Source: Epiperipatus broadwayi (lineage: Eukaryota > Animalia > Onychophora). From it: a DNA stretch of 64,000 nucleotides. Each line of letters begins with the position of its first letter. Position 1 is the first letter of the stretch. The DNA is taken from positions 11,780,001-11,844,000 of the forward strand of contig JAQFVV010000004.1 of assembly GCA_028023455.1 (NCBI GenBank). The letters are read 5' to 3'. Made by a program: the position numbers and the translations under genes. The notes beneath the pieces are model-generated. The model was not told where the DNA came from. It saw only the letters and a list, made by a program, of their open reading frames with translations, and did no database searches. Positions 55,791-64,000 of the stretch are shown here, piece by piece.

Positions 55791-57971
55791 CTTTATTTAT
55801 ATGAATTTGAAAAGAATGGGGAAGTATGGAGGTGTTTATTATATCTATAAAGATATTATTTACCGTGTATTTGAATTTTTATTTTTTATGAATGATATAT
55901 ACTCATATTATTCATTTGCTTATTCAATAACAAACAGCGATGCTATTATTATTATTAATATTATTATATTGTAATGAAAAATATTGGTATCTATTTAATT
56001 AAATGAGCATATGCTTTATAATTAAAGAGTTCTTTGAAATTACTATGAATCTTTAGATAACGTATTATTGAATTAGTAATCAATATTTCATTCTAATTAA
56101 TGTTCATAGTAACATTAAATTATACGTTGGCATTAAGATATTCGAAACATTTTATAATAATATTTTTATATAGATAATACAATTTTGATGCTTCAAAGTT
56201 TGTACAATAAAAAAAAAAAATAGAAATCAACAAAATTTGACAACCTTTTCTATCTGTATTAAGATTTATTAGTCTTTTTCACGGTGAATATAATTTTATT
56301 ATTTTAAAAAGCAGCTTTTTAGCTACTAGATCTCGATCAATATATATAGACAAAGAGAGTGTTTTAATGTTAGTTCAAATATTTAGTTTTAAATAGACTA
56401 TTCACTTATATTGCATTCTAATTCTTAATAAATGAGACTTAGTAAATTTGACTGGCATTAAAAACGATATCTGTTGCAAACACCTGCAGTAAATTTAGGG
56501 ACCATCTCGTTCCTGAATAAAAGAAAAATCACTTTCAGTAAAAATAATAATAATAATTTTATTGACAATTTAAAGTTGTCACTTTTAATATTTTATTAAT
56601 GAACGCACACTGAAGTTAAGCAAGCAAGTTAAATTGTTGGACTATACATGAATTTGCATTAAAATAACATATATTTGTTTATATACATAGATTTCATTCT
56701 TTAAATAGTCCATCGCTGATCAAAGTTCTCTTGTTTGCAATATTTCGAATATTCTGACTTTAATTTCAAATTTGTTATAACATTTTTATTAAAATTTAAT
56801 ATTTCTTTATTTTTTCTATTTATTTCAAAGACACTTTGCTTTCCATTCGATAATTAATCTGCTTATCTTGTCTTCGAACCTGTTAAATTTTATATAGATG
56901 CTAAATCGCAGTATATACTCATAGGTTTAACACAAATTTACCTCTTTAGTATGCACTTTTTGTATAATTTTATTTTTATTAGAAGTTATATGAAAATAAT
57001 ATTTTTATCATAATAAAAATGATCGATAAACATTGTAATATTTTGGGGAAAAGATTTGTATAAAAATTAAAACAGCAGAAAATGGTATTTGAATTACTTA
57101 GCGTTTAATTAATTGAGTTTAAATTTATTTAGTCAAAATACAATCTAGGTATCATTATATAGCTTTTCTAATTATATATAGTTGTATGTTTGAAGTGCAT
57201 AGAAATTTAGGCTTACTCTAAAATTTAATTTACTATTATAATCTGCAAATCTATATATCTAAGAATTTAAGTACGGGTGTGAATATTTGATATGTTTATG
57301 TTTTAGTACTTTGTGTGCACTTACATATATATAATGAGTTTAATTAAATTTACTTTTCAAATTTTGATTTAGTTTCCTTTTAGTTATAACTTTTTAAACG
57401 CTTTAATGACTGAATAGACATTAAAATAAAATTAAATAAAAAAAATTAGTATAATGTGTCCTTTGTAGACGTTTAAGAGACAACATATAGAAATGAATTG
57501 TTTCACTAGTTTGTAAATATATGCTCACAAATATGTTAAGACCAAAAATATTCTAGTTTGATTATTTCTTGAGTAATAAGTGTTATCTAAAGTAAAATAA
57601 AGTTTCAATTTTGAAAGTATACATTTTTAAATGTATAAGTCAAGAAATTCATTTTTAGTGTTGAAAACGTCAAAACATGCATTAAATTATAAATAATTAT
57701 GTTAAAGATCTAAATGTCGACAAAATATAAGTTTGTATAAATTGTTATTTAACACACAAAAAACACATATCATTGGCAAAGAAATAAATATGTTGTTTTA
57801 ATGATATGATATGATTACCTTTTTTTTTTTTAGTAAATTGCTTTAAAATGTTATCGATAAAACCAAGGAAAGATCCCATGTGATTTATGGAAAATATGTT
57901 TTTGATCAAGAGACTATGATTTATAAAAGAAAAAGAAAAATAATTTTCATGAAGATGAAAAGCAATTCAAA

Positions 57972-58137
57972 AGGCAAAACTCTCCATACAGTAGTGCCAC
58001 CCTGTGCCAACCAGAGTAATCAATGGATGCCAGAAGGCTTGTGCATAAAATCCCTATCTAATGCCTACTCATCCAATATCCCCAGACTGGTTTCTGACTT
58101 GTGGTCTTCGTCAGTGGAGCCTTGGATCTGAGAGCAA
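57972..58137 (-). mobile_element. Family A single-arm copy
   Basis: Antisense unit from aggcaaaactctcc to ggatctgagagc. Confidence 0.9.
58079..58119 (-). ncRNA. Hammerhead motif (family A), stem II gac/gtc
   Basis: ctcca-CTGACGA-a-gac-cacaa-gtc-a-GAAA-ccag-TC-tgggga. Confidence 0.62.
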
Positions 58138-59214
58138 TGGAAAGCAGATAAATTCTATAGTAGCAACTATAAGATTAACAGGCGATTCTAATTTTAAAAA
58201 ATAATGACAATAATGTTAATGTGAAAAGTTGGCTTTAAAAAGATGTGTTTTCTATATTTCCTAATCAAAGTTATGGAGTCATTTATTATAGCTGTTATGG
58301 CCTACTTGATGATTATCTAGAAACTCTTTAAAGAGTGATAATTACAGTCTTACACTATGTAGTTTATTAGAGAAAAAACACGCTCTAATGGAGTAATCTT
58401 CAGAGTTATGCTTTGAAATGATAGTCTGCTGTTATATAATTCCCTGATATGTTAATATGCTTTTTTAAAAAAATAAGAATTTAGAATAGTAATTAATTCG
58501 TGAAACAACAAACTTATAAATCAAGGAAGTGACGGTCCTAAAAATATAGCCAAAGTTACTAATAATTCAAACAATATTTAATTTATTTTGGACAAAATTA
58601 TCAAAGAAAACAAATCTTCAAAATTTTATATGGACAATATAGCTACATCAAATAATAAAACTATGCATTGCACAAATACAATTAAATTAAATTATTTCTT
58701 TAATAACTTACTTTAATTATAGATTTATAGTCTTAATTTGTTTTCTTTATTATAAATTTTTACAGAAATAGACATAAGACTTTTTTTATCTCTTCTAATT
58801 TCTTTTCCAATAATAGATTGTAGGAATCATAACATTTAGATGGAACTCATTTGTGAAGTTACTCAATAAGTTTCATATTTCAAAATAAATTAATAAATAT
58901 TCAAGGATTTATTTAAAATCTAGATTTTTTTTTTATTAATGAAAGAAAGAATTTCTTTGGAAAATATATCTATTTAACTCATTTTTATTGTTTTATTGCA
59001 CTTTTAATTCTGTGGCATAACGACATTAATATTATGTTAAAATTATTATTGTTAGTAAGAATGCCTATTTTATTCTTCCCTATTATATATATAAAATGAT
59101 TTTTTGGGTAAAACCATGTGTTGTCATACAACCATTAAAACATTAAATAAATAATATATATATATATATAAATTATTAATCAATGTCTGTATTCCAATTA
59201 TAATAAAATATATA

Positions 59215-59862
59215 TAATTATTCAAAACAATACAGTAAAAAATATTTAAAAAAAAAACAAATATATACCACAATTTAATAGAAGTACTTTCAACTATCTA
59301 TGTAGTCATTATCAACTAGATTCAAATTGTATTAAAAAAAAAAAAACGTTACAAATGTAAACAAAAAGTAATACGTCATACATCAATTTTCCCACAATTC
59401 ATTAATTTTTATATTGGCAGACTGTTTATTTATCAAATGATGCTTTTTACTTTTTATTAACATAGCTTCTTTAATTTTGCATTTATTATTATTTCTTTCA
59501 GTATTTTTTGATCATAATGTAACATGTAATTATGGTTTTGATTTTAATAAACTTAAGATTTTGTGTATTGAAAGAAATAATAATAAACGCAAAATTAAAG
59601 AAGCTATGTTAATAAAAGGTGAAAAGCATTATTTGATAAATAGACAGGTTGCCAATATAAAAATTAATGAACTGTGGGAAAATTTAGGTATGACATATTA
59701 CTTTTTGTTTACATTTGTAATGGATTTTTTTTGTAATACAATTTGAATCTAGTTGATAATGACTACATAGGTAGTTGAAAGTACTTCCATTAAATTGTGA
59801 TATATATTTGTTTTGTTTTTTAAAATATTTTTACTGTATTAATTATTGTATTGTTTTGAATT
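59215..59862. mobile_element. Penelope-like element 3' end (GIY-YIG C-terminus plus decayed HHR) as a ~280-bp-arm inverted repeat
   Basis: Plus frame reads GFDFNKLKILCIERNNNKRKIKEAMLI...LINRQ (PLE endonuclease tail). 59215-59488 is the reverse complement of 59580-59862. HHR-like ttgataa-t-gactac-atag-gtagtt-GAAA-gtac-tt at ~59753-59786. Confidence 0.78.
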
Positions 59863-61279
59863 ATATATATATAAAACATCTTCATGATATATATTTAATT
59901 ACTATAAAAAAGGCTAATGGATTTATTGCACACAGTTGAAATTTGGGCACCAGATCTGCAAACCAGAATGGTTCCTGGGAGGACCTCATCTTAATTCACA
60001 TGCTGTACTGCTGTGTTAAACCATGCAAAGCAATTATCTAAAAACAGCTACATGTGTGTCATTCATGTTATAAAGTTTTGTAAGGATGTAATACCATACA
60101 GATAGATTTCACTCTATGCATAGGCAACCTTTTGGCTGATTAAGAGTGAGTTGGTTTATGTGAAGATAATGCATCTGTAAATGTAATTATTGCCATTAAA
60201 GAAATAAAGTTCCAAACTTGGTTCCCACATAAAAATAAGACTTGGTTTGGTGATCATCATTATTTTTTTAAAAATAATAATCAAGTGATTTATTGGCTGG
60301 GAGTTCATAAGAAATTTCAGCACTGGAAATACCATATCATCATATTATGTAGGGAATTACTTTTATGATTGTGTAATATTTAAATATTAGAGTAAAATTC
60401 TGTAATATATTATTCAGGTGAGTTTAGCAATACCACACATGTAGCTGTATATTATCAGCAGATAAATGTTCATATCTGGAATCTTTATATGAAGATTTCC
60501 ATCTATTGTAACATTTGATGGAGTAATGTGTGGCCAATGATATAAATGATTCGCATATATCCTCATTCCTTTGTATTTAGTGTATAAATATGTGTCCAGA
60601 TATATAAAAGGATTAGCCAATGTAAATACTATTTCATTCCTGTTAATCTATATAAAGTATTCTCATTTTTAGAATTTCTCCTTTATTTTATGCATACTCC
60701 AGCCATTATATTCATTTGCTCAAACATGTGAACCTGATAAATCATTTAGGATGTTCTACTCAGAACTATTTCATGCCATCATTTTATATCTCATATATTA
60801 TTTTATATCTCAAAAGAATAAATGTCATAAACAACTCTAGATCACATTACACTCTGTATTAAAGAAAGTGGACACACATAAGATAAATAAATGGAAATTA
60901 TTATGTTTACACAACAGAAAGATAAGGATATAGAATAGACAATAATCACAAATAAACAATCATGAGACATATTAAATAAGCCAAATATAAAGTAGTTTAT
61001 ATAAAATAATTAGAATAGGCCAGACTAAATAAAAGGTAATACAGCAAAATAAACCAGAATAAAATGGAAGCTAAATTATTCATGATAGAAAATAGAACTG
61101 CATGGTGAAGAGAATAGGCAGTATGCATTTAAGTAGAAATGGACTTTAAAAAAGAAAAAATTCTCAATATTATAAAAATAAAAGTAAAATTGTAATCAAT
61201 TAAAAACGTGAAGTGCATAAAAAAGTATGGCAAATTATAATGTTAATATTTATTGCAACTATGTTATTATGAAAGTACG

Positions 61280-62000
61280 AGTTTAAAAAATGCAATCCAA
61301 TCCAGAAAGAAAAAAATGAGAAGGAAAAGCAAATATTTCAATTCCCCATCAAAAAACATCACAAAATTAAAGAAAAGAAAAACAGAATACCTAAAGATAT
61401 GAAAAAAATGTTTAAAGAAATACTGTAAAAGAAAATCAGGATGATAATTCAAAAATATGAAGAAAATGTAAACAAAAATGAAAGAAAGTGATCGTAAGAT
61501 ATTTTAAAATATCCACAAAATTTCTAAAAAAAATTAAAGCAAGTAAGGACAGAACCTCTAAAGGAATAAAAGCAAATTGTAACAAAATGTCTAAAGAAAT
61601 GAAAAAGAATATCATGATAAAATGTCTAAAATTATCATGAAAAAAGATCTAAAAAAATAAAAGAAAATTCGGATGAAATATAAAAAGGTATAAAAAAGAT
61701 GACTAAAGAAATCAGACAAAATCATGACAAAATAATTAAGTATATAAATAAAATGTCTATGTTAAAGATATGAAAAAAAAGTGTCTAAAGAAATAATAGA
61801 AAATATGGTCAAAATGTTTAAAAAAATGAAAGAAAGTCAAAACAAAATGTCTAAAGATAAGAGCAGTATTTAAAGAAATGAAAGATCATCAAGCAAAATG
61901 TCTAATAAAATGAGGAAATAAAGTGCAATCAAAAAATAAAAAAGCAAACAATTGTCTTATTAAATAGAAAGCAATTAAAAAATATTGAAAAAAAAAAGCA
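61280..62000 (+). repeat. Degenerate A-rich repeat (recurrent aaaatgtctaaagaaat), possibly a decayed coiled-coil ORF of a retroelement
   Basis: The motif recurs about 8 times and translates to KMSKE-like units with stops. Confidence 0.4.
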
Positions 62001-64000
62001 AAAACAAAATTTAAAGAAGTGGGTGAATATAATACAAATATAAACCAGTAAAGAAAAAAGTTTGTAAAAAAACAGTGTAAAACTTCCATCAAATCATCCA
62101 AAGAGAAACAAATAGGCATATATAAAAAGCAAAAAATTTTGAAAGATCCATGAAATGATTTTAAGTTGCATCAGAAAATTGGAGCTTGACTACAAAGAAA
62201 TAGATTAAAAACACTCTATCATACCAAATGAGAGAAGATCCCAATATATATCAAATGCAGAATCCATCTATAAATATTCTAAAATAAGAAATAAATGGAA
62301 TGATAAAGATAGAAATGATAGCTTAAGTTTAAACCCAAAATATATAAGTGTGAATCATATTAAAAATAACTTTTAAAAACTTTTAAGCAATAGTCTTACA
62401 GAACATTTAAATGGTCCTAAAGTGATATTTTAATTAAACCCAATGAAAGGAAAATCAAGGTGGCCAATGCATAGAACCATATGCAGAAGACAAACCAAGT
62501 ATGGTGGGATTTACACTTAATAAATCTCTTAATTTTCAAGATTAAAAGAAAGCCTTCCTAAACATTTACTGTATGGGATCATATATCAAGTATTCCAAGA
62601 GAAAAATAAAGAAGTTGAAGCTTATATAAATGAGATGACTAAACAATATGTTTAGCATATCTACTGTTTATTTAAACCTATATTATCTAATTAATACAGC
62701 ATAATCTCTTTTGAAGAGGGAACAATGCTTCTCAGTGCTAACAGATGAATTATTGAGTAAGTGGCCAAGTTATTAAAAGCAATAGATGTAAGTTCCATAG
62801 TTGTCAGAGTAATGAGAATGAAAAAAAAAGGGAATTTAATCATCAAAATAATTATTTAAGTAAAACCAAAGAAGAGATATATAATCAAATAGTGTAATTT
62901 TAATTAAAAATACCATTGCTATGGGATAAAAAAAGACAAGATGCAGAGAACCCAAAGAGGAATTAAAAAATAAAAGAAAAACTGGATTGGATCTTATAAA
63001 AAAGCAGGTGGAAAATAAATGGAAAGCTAAATTTGAATCAAATGAAGATAGAATTGTTGTCTTAAATTGTACATTGGGGTTAAGCACAAAGTTCCAATAA
63101 TTTTAAATTCTGGGTTTTGTACGTCTTTTATAACTTTATTTTTTATTAGCAAGATTCTGTTTTTGCCACATTGACTAATACCTATATAAATTTTTCATAT
63201 AAGTAAAAAAAAATTCTCATTGTGTTTTTTGCATGGAGCATTTTGACTAATATCAGTTTTCTGACATTTGAATTGACCTGGGTTTATACTGTCATGGAAT
63301 ATTCATTGGTTTTATACTCTTACTAGGTTTTTTTTGGCCTTTTTATGATTACATTAATTTTTCCAGCAAGAATTGATAGCCTAGATTTTATTAATAAAAA
63401 TCCAGGAGGGTGTTGTCCAAATATAGGCATAATGTCTGTGAATTCATTACAAGTTTGGTTAATGTAGTGTTTGCTTGCTAGATACATGGGAAAAACTTTA
63501 TTAAACTCCCACATTACATCTTTGATTAGAAGAGTAGTTCCAATCAAGGGTAGATTTTATTTGAAGACTGTGTTTAATATCATTTGCCAAAGCCAAGTTT
63601 TCCATTCTTTGGAGGAAATGGTATAGTAACATTTAATTCTTGAACCAGCATTTCTGTTAGAATATGATCTGATATCCATAGGGAATACACTAATCATAAT
63701 TATTAGAAAACTTTATCACCTACATAAAAATGTATGGATAAAAGCTCATTGATTTACTTTGGAATTATTGAATAAGTAGCTTCAGATTTCAATTTGAGAA
63801 ATATTTAGTAAGATCACAGTGTTGATAGTTTTACATTGAAGTATATAATACAAGATATTGCAATAATATGCACAGTATTTTTTTCCATTTTTCCTGCTCC
63901 ATAGTAACTCTGCAAACAATGGACATAAGTGATTAGCCTCATACCTTAGATTTTCAATGACTTTCTTCACTTTAGTTTTATAAAATAGTAACTATTTATT

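Noticed and set aside
60043-60447. 15-bp inverted pair acagctacatgtgtg as MITE TIRs
   Set aside because: No TSD and no second copy in the window.
60414-60620. Kinase-like text HITPSNVTIDGNLHIKIPD on the minus strand
   Set aside because: The resemblance is limited to one subdomain, there are no catalytic motifs or flanking domains, and another frame is equally open.

Overview
Very AT-rich eukaryotic genomic DNA, most likely from an invertebrate animal (the species cannot be determined here). No intact, recognisable protein-coding gene is present, and most ORF-track entries are noise or antisense to real remnants. The window is dominated by mobile-element debris. (1) About 20 hammerhead-ribozyme (HHR) motifs occur in at least three families (A, B, C) of short, mostly fold-back, Penelope-like-element (PLE)-type repeats. 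One is a young 1.3-kb insertion with a 13-bp target-site duplication (TSD), built from 454-bp HHR-bearing tandem units in a retrozyme-like layout. (2) A PLE GIY-YIG 3'-end inverted repeat lies at 59.2-59.9 kb. (3) A full-length but disabled Merlin (IS1595/ISXO2-like DDE) DNA transposon has ~80-bp TIRs and an 8-bp TSD. (4) There are several RTE LINE remnants, one split by a 3.4-kb unidentified insert carrying decayed ORFs. (5) There is a piggyBac remnant and a set of tRNA-Gly-derived SINEs. (6) A 4.6-kb GATA/GGTA/GGT simple-repeat block spans 13.9-18.5 kb. Scattered candidate exons and a CCAAT/CpG-retaining putative promoter near 30.3-30.6 kb suggest host genes that I could not identify. All coordinates and alignments were read by eye, so the ends of decayed elements are approximate.
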